Assembly (NCBI RefSeq): GCF_006345805.1
Contig: NC_042998.1
Span: 85,188,001-85,252,000 of the forward strand
DNA from: Octopus sinensis
Taxonomy: Eukaryota
Direction: 5' to 3'
Length of the DNA: 64,000 bases
Shown here: piece by piece, positions 51,780 through 63,430 of the stretch
How positions within the stretch are numbered: position 1 is the stretch's first letter
Layout of the letters: each line of letters starts with the position of its first letter
Notes under the pieces: generated by a model
What the model was told of the DNA's origin: nothing
Seen by the model: the letters and a program-made list of their open reading frames with translations, nothing else
The model's database searches: none
Program-made: the position numbers and the translations under genes

Positions 51780-52552
51780 GGACTACACAATCAATTCCAA
51801 TTAGCCACAGCAGAAGTTGCTGGAAAAAGTAAATGGGATTGGCTGATGAAAGGAACCCTAAAAAAAGAGACCAAGAGTATTATATGGGCAGCGCAGGACC
51901 GAGCTCTGGCTACAAACTCGAAGGTCGACCTGAGGAATGAGCAAATGTCACCAATGTGCTGCATCTGCAATGAATGAATGCCCTAGACTTGCCCCAAACC
52001 ACTATAAGTTGTGGCAACACAACCAGGTAGTGAAAGTGCTACATTAGCAACTGTGCGAAAAGTGGGGGCTAGAGAGGCAGGAGCACAAACTGCAGAGATT
52101 GGTAGAGTTGGAGACTAGCAAAATCCTCTAGGAATTCCCAATCCAAACAGATCAGGTGCTAGAGCATAACAGACCAGACATCATGGTGGAGGACAAGATG
52201 CACCACATATGCTATATAGTTGACGTTGCATGCCCCTTTGACCCACGAATAGTCAAGAAGTAAAGTGAAAAGATAATAGATAGATACAACACTCTTAAGT
52301 GCAAAATAGCTATGGAAAATGAAGGTGAAGATAGTGCCAATTATTGTTGGGTCCTTGGGAACAGTACCAGAAAGCATCTACTGGGAATAGAGTGCCTAGT
52401 AGAACTGTTACAAAAGGTTTGCCTCCTTGGTACAGGCAGAATAATCAGGAAAGTATTAGATAGCTGAAAAGAACGAATAGCATGGTGCCATAGGCTGCAG
52501 GTAGTAAGTCCGTTATGCATGCAAGACTCCAGGAGCCAGAGATGATTTTTAA
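51780..52552 (+). pseudogene. R4/Dong-clade non-LTR retrotransposon remnant (CCHC region + restriction-like endonuclease + 3' UTR)
   Basis: WDWLMKGTLKKETKSIIWAAQDRAL, IQTDQVLEHNRPDIMVEDKMHHICYIVDVACPFDPRIVKK* (PD...D motif at 52174-52224), VPIIVGSLG, LLQKVCLLGTGRIIRKVLDS* (stop ends 52467); internal stops and frameshifts. Confidence 0.85.
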
Positions 52553-52584
52553 AATGAGAATATCTGAAATAAACTCAACTGTTC

Positions 52585-52830
52585 TAACAAATGAGAATAC
52601 TAAAAATGAACCCGACTACTCTCAAAAATTAAATAAAAAACAGGAAAAATAATCCAGAATCCTTGTCTGGTACCGGATTGATCCCAAAATCTAATCAGTT
52701 TGTGCCAGTCATGAGGCCAAACAGCCCTGAAAGTTTCATCTGAATCCATCCAGCGGTTCTTGAGATATCTTATCCATAGACAAACAAACACAACTGAAAA
52801 CAATACCTCCGCCAAGGCAGAGGTAATAAT
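52585..52830 (+). mobile_element. Helentron/HINE-like non-autonomous element
   Basis: aaagtttcatctgaatccatccagcggttcttgagatatc...acaaacaaac body; terminal stem-loop ACCTCCGCC-AA-GGCAGAGGT (52805-52824) followed by AATAAT. Confidence 0.55.
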
Positions 52831-52999
52831 GATACTGGATATTTAGGCAGGTGGGAAACAGTTGATTAAATTAACTCTAATACTTGGGCAATACCTATTT
52901 ATCAGCTATAAATAGATGAAAGTAAAAGAAAAAAGAAAATATCCTGCCTGAATGGATCAGAAAGAAATATTGCAAAGTATTGCTTTTACTTCTTCAAAA

Positions 53000-53630
53000 A
53001 CTAGGTCAGGAATCTTGGTCACCCACTGGCTTTGATAGTTCCTCAGTTTCATAACATTCACGTAGTTGAGTGGTCTTTGTCCTATAATTGGGTGTAGAAG
53101 TTTCCAAAATAGAACACCTGATACAGTCTGGTTCTCAGTATGATAGCAGTGGCCAGCAAAGCCTTGCTTGTGTTGAGCAATAAAGTAGAGATGAGTGGAA
53201 TTTGTCTATAAATCACTTCTTTGGTCTTGTGCTCACACCCTGAGATGTTTCAAACCCTGATGAGAAACTTGGTCTATGTACCACCAAGGTAATCTTTGAA
53301 GATTCTTCTTCATAGTCCAGGTTTTGACTCGATAAAGAAATATGATCTCTACACATTCCCAGAAGACCTGCCTTGTTGTCTTAGAAATATGTGATTGTCA
53401 TATGTTTTGACCAGGCTGAGAATCTTGCCCTCTCAGCTCAACTGTGCAATGTATAAAACTTATTAACATCTCCTGAGAATGTTGTAGCATAAGTAAGAGC
53501 TTTTTCTCAAAAAAAAAAAAAGAAAAAAAAAGAAACTGATAACATGACCATTAATGCAGGTGAGAACCACCTGCCATTTTACTACAATGATGGCACACAA
53601 CTGAAGGAGGTTAATGACTTTAAGTACCTT
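53000..53630. pseudogene. RTE-type LINE RT remnant in two oppositely oriented pieces
   Basis: Minus piece about 53450->53000: VFWECVEIIFLYRVKTWT...GFAGHCY...LFWK. Plus piece 53520-53630: KKTDNMTIN...DGTQLKEVNDFKYL. Confidence 0.65.
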
Positions 53631-54198
53631 GCCAAAGTATTTAGCCAGGCCCTTAAATGTCTATTGTCAGCAGCTAAATCCCCTTCAACAAGAAATATAA
53701 CACACACACACACAATCATATCTATATCTTGTGATAGAATATGCTATCACAGCATAGTTTAGAAAATTTAGATATTTGTAAGAATTGTCAAGGTTAACCT
53801 TCAAACAGTAATATCCTCCCTGATACTAAGCTCAAAATTATAGTATAAATATAAAATAATCCTCATACACCACTGACATCTACATCAAAATAGAAGTGTT
53901 ACAACACACTGCTACTTAAGTGAGTCAGTAAATAAAATAAAATAAAGTAACTGTGACACAGAAATTGGTAATCATTAAATCTGTACTAGAAATGTAACAT
54001 ATTAACCACTTAACACTCAGCCACTTTTCATTCAAAACCATAATACACAAGATTTTCTCTTCCTGAAAGGTACGTAGAAGCCTTGCTTATATTCACTTAT
54101 AGAATAGGGCATTGTTCAAACACAATAAAACTTCAAGTCGATTTTGAAAACAAAACTTTTGATCAGATAAATCATTTCCTCTTCTGCCTCCTCCTCCT

Positions 54199-54777
54199 CA
54201 TCATCATCATCTACCAACCATCTTCTATGCTGGCATGTGTTGGATGGTTTGATGGGATCGAATGTTCCAGTGTCTGCTTTGACATGGTTTCTATGGCTAG
54301 ATGCCCTTCCTAATGCTAACCTCTTTACAGCATGTACTGGGTGCTTTTGCATGCTGCCAGCTCTGGTGAGGATGCCATGCAGCAAGCAAGACAATGAGCC
54401 CCAAGGAAGAGTGGGGATCTTGTGGTAGGAGATAAAGGATTAAAGTATGAGAGGAAGGGGGGGGGCTGAATAGGATTTTTTGCTGTCGAGAAGCTACATG
54501 GCTACTCACATTTAGAAGGAAGATTGAGAATGTTTGAGTGAAACTGGAGAGAGATAATAAAGTGGTGATGAGGTATTCAGGTGGTCCCATAAGATTTAAG
54601 ATGAGTAGAAGTAGAGTGGGGAGAGACGAACGAGGTGTGTGTGAGGGGAGCTGCAATAGTGTATAGGAGAGTGACAGATGAGGGGATGGATAAGATGAGG
54701 AAGGTAAGCAACAATTGTAAAGAAGCATGAATACAATGAATGGTGGATTACGGGACAATGGATGTTAAATGATGATG
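54199..54777. mobile_element. Second copy of the composite family-D / purine-rich element
   Basis: Starts (CAT)n + family-D body on -, ends gacaatggatgttaaatgatgatg. Interior shares ttgct.t.gag.ag.tacatg and gagagata.taaagtg with 4769-5634. Confidence 0.55.
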
Positions 54778-55479
54778 TTGGCTATTTCAGATATAAAGGA
54801 AACTGTGCGGGTGGGTGGGGGGAATTGGAGCAGGTTCCACTTAGTTTGGTTTACAGTTTGATTTGACATTTTAAGAATTGTTGTTGGTGATTTCAGTTAA
54901 GTGTATGGTAGATTTATAGTAGGATATTTATTATTACAAATTGATAACCTAACATAAACAGAGAAAGCTAATTGATTGAGATGCGTATGAGTGTGTGTTT
55001 CGTCCATCTTTACTTGCTTGGTTTTCTGTAAATAGAACAGCTTTGCTTTCAAATGCAAGGCTGTTGTGTATTTGATAGCAAGTGTGTGTGTATGTGTGTG
55101 AGAGAGAAAGAGAGAGAGAAGGAGAGAGAGAGAGAGAGAGAATACATTAATTTTGTATGCCTTCATAGATATAATGCCATCTGAACTAAAAATGATGACA
55201 TTGTTTATATTGTCTAGTAATCAAATGTCCTGCATTTCAGTGGAGGTCAACGGAATGAAAAATACTTGACTTGTAAAACAAATGAGGTTTGGTGACAGGA
55301 AGAGCATCCGGCCACAGAAATTTTACCTGATTAAGTTTCATCTAACCCATGCCAGCATGGAGTAACGGACCAAAAAAATAATGATGATGATGATGATGCA
55401 AATGCAGACATGGTAGGACATTGCCTTGAAGAAATTTTAGTTTAATGAATTGATTGTAATACTTATTGTTTTTTAAGCC

Positions 55480-55720
55480 TGGTACTTATTTTATCAGTCT
55501 AATTTGCGAAACCATTAAGTTACATGGAGATAAACACACCAACACTGGTTTTAAGTGGTGGCTGGACACACACACAGAGAGGCTTCTTTCAGTTTCTGTC
55601 TACCAAATCAAGTCACAAGCTTTGGTCAGCCTAAGGCTATAGTAACAGACACTTGCCCAAATGCCACATAGTGGGACTGAACCCAGAACCATGTGGTTGG
55701 GAAGCAAACTTCTTACCACA
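55480..55720 (-). mobile_element. SINE family A
   Basis: Reverse complement of the 7667 copy: tttcagtttctgtctaccaaatc...aaggctatagtaacagacacttgcccaaa...gggactgaacccagaaccatgtggtt. Confidence 0.8.
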
Positions 55721-56973
55721 TATTTTTGATATTGGAAAATTTTCCCAGGATTCCTATGGATATTGTATAATTAGACAACTTTGCTTACACTATTTAATTA
55801 GTTATCTGTTTCCCATCTAGAAAGACCAGGGCAGGCTTGACAGTGAACTAGTCTTAAAACATTGCTTATACATAGTGGGAATCTATGAGTAGAAATCAAA
55901 CTATTCAGACTGTGAACTGACAGTTTAAATACATAGATGCAGGTGTAGTTAAAAAGTTCATTTTACAATCATATGGTTTCAGGTTCAACTCCACAATGTG
56001 GCACTCAGGGCAAGTACCTTCTACTATAGCCTTGTGTTGCACTGAAATTAAATCTGGTAGATGGAAGCTGTATGTTAATGTTTACTTTTCTATGGTTGCA
56101 TGGGTCAGACAAAATTAAGTCAAACAGATTTTTTAAGAGCAGATGCTTTTCCTGCTGCCAACTCTCACCAGCGTCCAAGCATGGTAAAATTTTGCTTTCA
56201 GCTAAACACAGTTTTACAAACGATTTTATGCTTGTGTCCTTTCTTTACAATTAGCTGGCAACATCAAGTAAGACGAAATTCAAGATGTCACACAGTATTT
56301 CAGGGCCTGAAGATTACACATGCACAAGGATGTGAGGGTGGAAGCACCCCCATGAAATATCACAATGACACTACTTGGGTAGCAGTCACATTGCTTATGT
56401 CCCACAGAAACAAAATGTCCAATGGCTTGGCAGTTTGATAAACAAAAGCATGAAGTAAAGTACCTTACCTGAAAACAAATATGAGTTGGCTTTAGGTAGA
56501 GCATTTGATCATAGAAATACTTTGTCAAGAAGTATCCTTCAACAATTGCTAGCATGTAAAAAGTGGATGCAAAACTGATGAATGGTGATAATGACAGTGG
56601 AAACAAGCCAATGGAAATATTTTACTGTTCTGGTTCAAATCCCAGTGCAATATTCACATTATTTCTAATCAGTATAGCATTGATAAAATGATTATCAATA
56701 AGACCAACTGATTATAACATCATCTTCACACATGTGGGTAGATTATATCATGTATATCATTTAAGGAAAATAACTGAACTATTGATATAAACAATACATA
56801 TCCTGAAACATTGTTAATAGTTGTTTCTAATTAAAGTACAGGACAGAATTTTTTTAAAGGAAGGGTTAGTCAATATCATTGATTCCAGTACTTCACTGGT
56901 ACTTCATATTTTTCCCAACACTAATGGTCCTACCAATCCACTGCTCTCTGAAATTGATAACAAATATGCTTAA

Positions 56974-57439
56974 CCCTTTAGCATTCATATTTATTTCTTT
57001 ATTGCCCACAGGGGGCTAAACATAGAGGGGACAAACAAGGACAGACAAAGAGATTAAGTCGATACATCGACCCCAGTGCGTAACTGGTACTTATTTAATC
57101 GACCCCAAAAGGATGAAAGGCAAAATTGACCTCGGCAGAATTTGAACTCAGAATGTAATGGTAGATGAAATACCGCTAGGCATTTTGCCTGGCGTGCTAA
57201 CTATTCTGCCAGTTTGCCACTCTCCTTTAGCATTCATATTACTCTGTTAAATGTAATGCTTATTTAGTTTAACTGTTTTGAATTAATTATGCATTATCTT
57301 GAAGTTCTGAGATCTTGATGATATCATTGTTTATTTTAGATTCACATTATAGGGTAGGTGTGAGAGGCAGGATCTGGTCAGATTGAACATAAAAGGTCAA
57401 ATATTTGGGTTGTATATAGCCAGTATACATGCTAAAGGG
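56974..57439. mobile_element. piggyBac-like MITE (TTAA TSD) interrupted by a SINE
   Basis: TTAA|CCCTTTAGCA (56970-56983) ... TGCTAAAGGG|TTAA (57430-57443): perfect 10-bp TIRs with TTAA on both sides. Confidence 0.8.
56992..57223 (-). mobile_element. Young family-B-type SINE with 17-bp target-site duplication
   Basis: cctttagcattcatatt at 56975-56991 and 57224-57240; several CpGs retained; the 3' tail (cccctctatgtttagccccctgtgggcaataaag) differs from other family-B copies. Confidence 0.85.
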
Positions 57440-57533
57440 TTAAAAGAAAATTTAAAATCATCATAAAAGCAATGCTGAGTAAAAACAAAAAAAAAAATGA
57501 ACACAACCACCATTTGTTACTTGGATCACTTAC

Positions 57534-58903
57534 CTGTATATCCTCATTAAGACGTTTTCCTATCATACTGTCCAATAATTTGCTTGGCTTCAGCTCCTGA
57601 TAACGCATTTGAATGGCTGTCATTCGACTTTCTTGGCAACCGAAGCTGTTGCTGAAAGCTTCTTCTATTATCATTGTCATGTTTGGAATGGTTTCATCCT
57701 CACTTCTACGCAAATTATTCAAATGGTGTCCACTAATGCTTGCACCAGCAGCATTATCATGAGCTGCAGATGGCAAAGTCATCACATGGTCAGCAGATGA
57801 CCGATAACTGAGCCGTTCTTGTTTGACTACAGTTAAACTAGGGGATGTCGTGTCAGGTATCTGCTGTTCCATTCGATGCCAGGGAGTAGATGTCATATTA
57901 CAGGATAGATTCACCGGTTCTGGAGACACAGTCTCCTTAGGTGACAGATTATTGAAACAGCTGTCACTGTCCTTCACCTCTTGCTTGATGTGTTTACTTG
58001 GCTGAATACTATTACAGCTCTCCTCTTGTTCAGAAATCATGTAGGGTCGCTTTTTAATTGGACTTCGATTCACCGGTTTGTCATGCTTGAAAGTCTTACG
58101 CAGATCTAATGAAGTGTTGGCTACGATTACAGATGGCTGTGTAGTAGTAGTTATAGTACTGACAGTTGTGGACAGAGCGCGGTCAGTGTGCTTGTTGACA
58201 ACAACTGAGTTGGTGCTCACCGGGTTCATAAGCTGCACTGACGACGTTCGATTTATATAGGAGTTATGAAAGCGTTGTGTTGAAGGAGATACTGTAGTGA
58301 TTGCATGGGAAGTTGGCCGAATATCGGTGCTGGGTTTCAATACAAACGAGGATTGTTGAACACCAAATGAGACACTAGAAGGAATACTTAAGATAGAACT
58401 AACAATCGACTGTACAGCAGGTTTGTGCGCTGTTGAAGGAACAGATATAGGACTGCGTTCAACGGCAATGGATTTGGGATAAGGACTGTCATCAACAGGC
58501 TCAGGTAACTTTGAGCCCTCATCAGACTCAGCATCTGATATGTTAGTGATATGAGAATTATCTCCATTAGCAAGTAGTTTATGCTCTTCAACTGCCATCT
58601 TAGGGACACAAGTGCTGACAGCTCTGTTCTTCAGAAGAAGGGAAAGCGCAGTGACAGAAGATCTGTTGACAGAGTTTGCCTCTGAGTCAATAGGTATGGA
58701 TGATGTGACAGCAGCTGTTGAAGAAACTAGAGGTGACAGATCTGAGTTGCTGGGGCTGGGAGCTTGGACAAATGCTGGTAGCATCTCAGGAGTCATCTCT
58801 GACTGTAAGCTTAATAAACCATGTAATGCTTGTTGAGTCTGAGTATCTTCAATTGTCTTTATCATCTCTCGCATCTTTCGAGAACGCCGGCCAAGTTTGG
58901 CAG
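57534..58903 (-). CDS. Nuclear receptor 1370-nt exon: C-terminal extension, long Ser/Thr/Pro-rich hinge, LBD helix 1
   Basis: Acceptor ctctgtttccattgcAG, phase 1, (A)AKLGRRSRKMREMI...IIEEAFSNSFG...KRLNEDIQ, donor CAG|GTAAGT phase 0; lies inside ORF 57432..58967. Confidence 0.93.
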
Positions 58904-59172
58904 CTGCAATGGAAACAGAGAATACAATTAGATAATGACAAAAGTGGTCTGAGCTATTTTTAATCATTGGAAGAATAAATCAAGACAACTTTGTACATGT
59001 AACATATATAATAACATGTCATGTTTTTTAATTATGTATAAGTTAAAAATAAAGCTGAGTGTGAAATAGGATCAGCTTTACATTTAGTCTTCAATGATTA
59101 AACAAAGAAAAAATACATTTGCTAAAGGATGAAATTTCAGCATTTCCATCAAGGAACCATGATTAAACTAAC

Positions 59173-59323
59173 CTGTTCTCGACATGCCCAATGCCAAACA
59201 TTTCTGCAGACGGCAGTACTGACAACGGTTCCTTGTTTGCACTGTTATTTCACAGTTCTTATTATAAAAACACTTCTTCCGAGTTGGGTCACCAATATCT
59301 TGCAAAGCACGTCTAAAAAATCC
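59173..59323 (-). CDS. Nuclear receptor DBD zinc finger 2 exon
   Basis: Acceptor tttttatcatttattAG, 151 nt phase 0-1, [50 protein letters not shown], donor G|GTTAGT. Confidence 0.96.
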
Positions 59324-60734
59324 CTAATAAATGATAAAAACAACATAAGAAGCAAATAAACAGAAGTATATTATGCATGAATGATAAATTTCATTTTCTA
59401 TCATCTTTGACATTTAATCCAAGCAAATATTTCTAAATGTCTGTACTTTGGTGGTTTCCAAGAAAACTGAGCCAAGATGAATAGTTTGTGAGAGCCACAC
59501 AAGCTGTGTCAAATGAGGCACTGGCAAAAATGAATATTGGAATGAAATTAATAAGGAATTTAGCTCAATTTGTAATCATATTTTCTGGAAATACACTGCC
59601 TTTGTTTCAGTTAACTTTGAAAATAAAAACAAGTTTAATGAATTGTTTTGTTGTTATTAAACTGTTATCTGGAAACTAAATGAACATGAAATTTTCAAGG
59701 AAGCTTTAATTTAGGTAGCTAAAAATCATGTAGCTTGTAATCATAGACCCAAGGAGAGTCTTAGGTGGGTTGGTATCCAAAGCATTAATTTACAAACAGG
59801 TGATCATCAGGGCTCAGATCTCAGCACCTACTGTTTATTAATAGGTCTCCAACCCAGTAATAAAGGAGTTTAACTGACTACCAGTAGACACTCTTATATG
59901 CAGATGTAGTTCTCATAACAGAATCAGATAAAAAAAAAAATTAGAGGAAAACTTCTAAACACACAAGTGAAAGCAGAGAATCAGAAGTAAATCTAGCAAA
60001 GAGAAAAGTTTTAGCTATCAAGGAAGATTACAAATTCTGTTACTATTTGGAAAGTGGCTTTGCTAAATATTCAGAAAACATAGGATAGAATTCATTTTAG
60101 TCATTTCTGCAATAATGCCAATTTTCACAATAATCTGACCACAAGTAAAGACGCTATGAACATTTGAATAAACAACTCTTTTTAAGGTATTTCTGCTTGC
60201 TGAGAAATGAACTCATATTCTACATGTACATTTACCATTTCATCACATACTAAAGTCAAATAAAAGAAGACGGCTCTACATGGTGGCTTTAAAATAAGCA
60301 ACCAATTTAACCTCATATCATACCTTACCATAAAAAAAGGAGAGGGTGGAGTTATATTGGATAATGTAGTCCTAACATTCACTAAGTCTGAAAAGATGGT
60401 AGGAAGATAACAGTTGGAATTCTTTTGATCATAGGTCTGTGTCATTAAGGCTAAACAACATATACAAAAACAGAAAAAAAAGACAATAGTTCAAGGAAAC
60501 TGTAATGTTTATGTTTACAGAGATATCCTCTAATGACCCTTTGCAGTACGCTATGTTGGTGTTTATCTCCAATAGATCTGATGTAAATGAGAGAAACCTC
60601 TCTTTAAATGGTATGCCAACCAATTTATAATAGGTAACCTTATCAATAGGTAGTGAACTGGTATAGTCATTAGAATATTGGATGGAATGCTTGCAGTATA
60701 TTTGCTCTAACTTTCTGTTCTGAGTTTAAATCCC

Positions 60735-60744
60735 TCCTGTCACC

Positions 60745-60776
<32 letters not shown>

Positions 60777-60905
60777 GACAGTGAGATAAGAAGTTTGATT
60801 GCCAACCACATGGTTTTGGGTTCAATTCCATTGCATGAGAATCTTCTACTATAGCCTCAAGCTGACCAAAGCCTTGTGAGTGGATTTGGTAGATGAAACC
60901 ACTAT
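60735..60905 (-). mobile_element. SINE family A head
   Basis: aaccacatggttttgggttcaattcc...ttctactatagcctcaagctgaccaaagccttgtgagtggatttggtag reads as family A on the + strand, between (CA)n and (GT)n tracts. Strand assignment is uncertain; the motif reads sense on +. Confidence 0.5.
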
Positions 60906-61630
60906 GTGTGTGTGTGTGTGTGTGTGCACGCGCATGCATGAGTCAGATACATGCTTGCATGTGTATGGAAGGGAGAAAATCAGGTGTAGTGTTGGTGAAT
61001 CTCAGGAAGCATGGAAGTTTTGAAGGATGCAGTGTTGGTTGTGGGTAGAATGGGTTGAAAAATTTATGGCATCATATTCTTGTCTACTTGAAAAAAATGA
61101 AATTTGTGTATATTTCACTGATGGCTACACAGTATCTCAGAGAAAGATACTAACACCTTGCATTTCTTTACATCACTATGGCAAGTTTTGGTGCCATGAA
61201 AACAAAAACATCCAGAACATGTAATGTGGTTGACTTTAGGAAGGGCATCCAACTGCAGAAATCATGTCAAGGCAGACTTTGGCATACAATGCAGTCCAAC
61301 TTGTCAGAACTTGTTAAACTGTTCAACCCAAACCAACATGGAAGTAGGATGTTAAATGAAGATGATGAAGAAATGAACAAAAGTATTCAAAGAGCTGTGT
61401 CATAAAGTAAAGAATTATTATCAAATAAAACTATGCATATGTGCATGCATGCAGACACACACACAAACACACAGGTGTGTACATAGTTTTTAACTGATTT
61501 CAGCCCAGCACTAAAAAATCTCTAATTCATGTGTAACTTGAAACTAAGTTGCTACCTTGTTGCCATTTTCTTTTCTTTCTTTCTTTCTTTCTTTTCTTTT
61601 TTTTTTGTTTGAAAATTCTTAAATTCTTAC

Positions 61631-61728
61631 CTTGCAACCTTCACATGCCAACACGCCATAATGGATTCCAGATGATTTATCTCCACACACCAAACATTTC
61701 AGATAAGATTGCTTGGAATTGTCTGATA
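61631..61728 (-). CDS. Nuclear receptor DBD zinc finger 1 exon
   Basis: Acceptor catcttctttggtattttcAG, 98 nt phase 1-0, [32 protein letters not shown], donor AAG|GTAAGA; P-box CEGCKG. The upstream exon with the start codon was not found. Confidence 0.96.
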
Positions 61729-62483
61729 CTGAAAATACCAAAGAAGATGAGAGAAATTATATAGAAATATATTTGTGTGTATGTATGTATATGAAGGTGT
61801 GTGTATATGTGTCTCTGTGTATGAGTATGTGTGTGAAAAGAAAAAAAACAAAAGAAACATTCATTAATATCTGCAGTCATTTTGTATGATTGTTAATTGT
61901 AATTAATTATGGCAGATTATTACACATTCTATCAAGAAGAAACATTAGAATTTGAGGAAAATGTCGGAATTCTGTTTTAGCACAAGTCAATTCAGTGACG
62001 ACAAAGAATGAAATATGTTGTGGGAAAAAAAATTCCAATTTTTTGGGGCAGGGCTTTTTCATTAAAAAATGTTAAAACTCCACAGAACAAGGTTAATAAA
62101 CAAGAACATATTCCCAATATAACTCCCCGACAGAGAGCAAGGTTAGTAAACAATAGATGTAAACAAGAATACATTCCTGATAAAAATAAGTTGGAATCTT
62201 CAGATGTATTACGGGTGTGAAGCTTGTAACTTATTTGTTTTTACAAGTTCAAAAGCAGCTAAAAATATAAAACAAGATTCACAAGCATTTTTTTTGTCCA
62301 ATAAGTTAACCCTCTTGATACCATCCTGCCAGAAACCACACTGAATTATATGAAATAAAAGTTTGTTGTAAAATGATCTGAAATATGGTAACAAAGAGTT
62401 GAGAGAACGAGTAGTACCCTTCTGCAGGATTCCCAGACTAATATTGATGAAATTAGCCTTAGTGTGTGTGTGTGTGTGTGTGA

Positions 62484-62532
<49 letters not shown>

Positions 62533-62736
62533 CGAACACAAGATATTTTCAACAGTGTGAAGCCATGATAGTTTTTAAGTTCATATTATGAACAAATGGT
62601 GAAACTGCAACAAGCTCAAGAACCAGATTTAATTCTCTGGACAGTATCCCCATCAGGAAGGAAAGTGGATATTTGTGGCAATGTTAAAACAAATACATGC
62701 AATAAAAGTTACAGTATATAGATGAGGGTGCACCTC

Positions 62737-62829
62737 TGGTTGACTTATTAGAAATATGTAGCTAAGTTGGTTGACTTATTAGAAATATGTAGCCAAGTTG
62801 GTTGACTTATTAGAAATATGTCACCAAAT
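62737..62829. repeat. 31-bp tandem repeat x3
   Basis: tggttgacttattagaaatatgtagctaagt / ...tagccaagt / ...tcaccaaat at 62737, 62768 and 62799. Confidence 0.9.
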
Positions 62830-63289
62830 TTCCCTCAGATCACAACTTGCCATCTTAAAAGTTGATGGCTGCAAATGGAGTGTCTTTGATCTTAAGTGTG
62901 CTCAATGAGAGATAACCTGGAGCTAAACATGTCGACCAAAGGCATTAAAAAATCATGTTGTTGTTGTTCGTAGTGGTGTGGTATTAAACTTATATGGTAT
63001 GATAAACTTACACAACACAGGGTGCTCACTCAGTGTTTAACAAACTAACTTTACTACAGTGGGTAAACTGTAAATTTATGCTGTAGAAAAATTGGCATAC
63101 ATAAATTTGTATAGATTGACATTACTTTGCTTTTATAAATTTCATCAGGAAGGTGAGTATCAAAAATGGGGACCACTGACTGGAAAACTACATACAAACA
63201 TCACTGCTTGTAAGATGACAGTTTTGTTTACAATTAGCATGCATGTTAAGATAAGGTCTCTCACACACGTGCATGCACGCAAGGGGTTT

Positions 63290-63430
63290 CTTTTCAGTTT
63301 CTATCAAATATGTTCTCTAACAAAGCCTTGGTTAGTCCAGAGCTATAGCAGAAGACATTTGTCCAAGATACATATAATGAGATTGAACCCAAAACCCCAT
63401 GGTTGCAAAGAGAACTTCTAAACCACATAA
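63290..63430 (-). mobile_element. SINE family A, degenerate
   Basis: tttcagtttctatcaaat...aaagccttggttagtccagagctatagcagaagacatttgtccaag...gattgaacccaaaacc. Confidence 0.65.

Noticed and set aside
52998-53008. Perfect RORE-like AAACTAGGTCA in a receptor intron (autoregulation?)
   Set aside because: About one such site is expected by chance in 64 kb of AT-rich DNA, and it sits at the edge of a LINE remnant.
53255-53272. CTGATGAGAAAC, hammerhead core words adjacent
   Set aside because: No helix II between CUGAUGA and GAAA, and no helix I pairing; lies in antisense LINE sequence.
57432-58967. 511-aa ORF as a stand-alone gene
   Set aside because: Its ends are intronic; the real exon is 57534-58903, bounded by consensus splice sites in phase with the DBD and LBD exons.
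59173-59312. Phase-2 acceptor inside FFRR (ttttttAG|ACGT)
   Set aside because: The upstream acceptor at 59323 restores GFFRR and matches the phase-0 donor of the finger-1 exon.
62205-62230. Plus-strand YYGCEACN resembling a nuclear-receptor P-box
   Set aside because: No CxxC partner, wrong strand, no splice sites; the true finger 1 is at 61631-61728.
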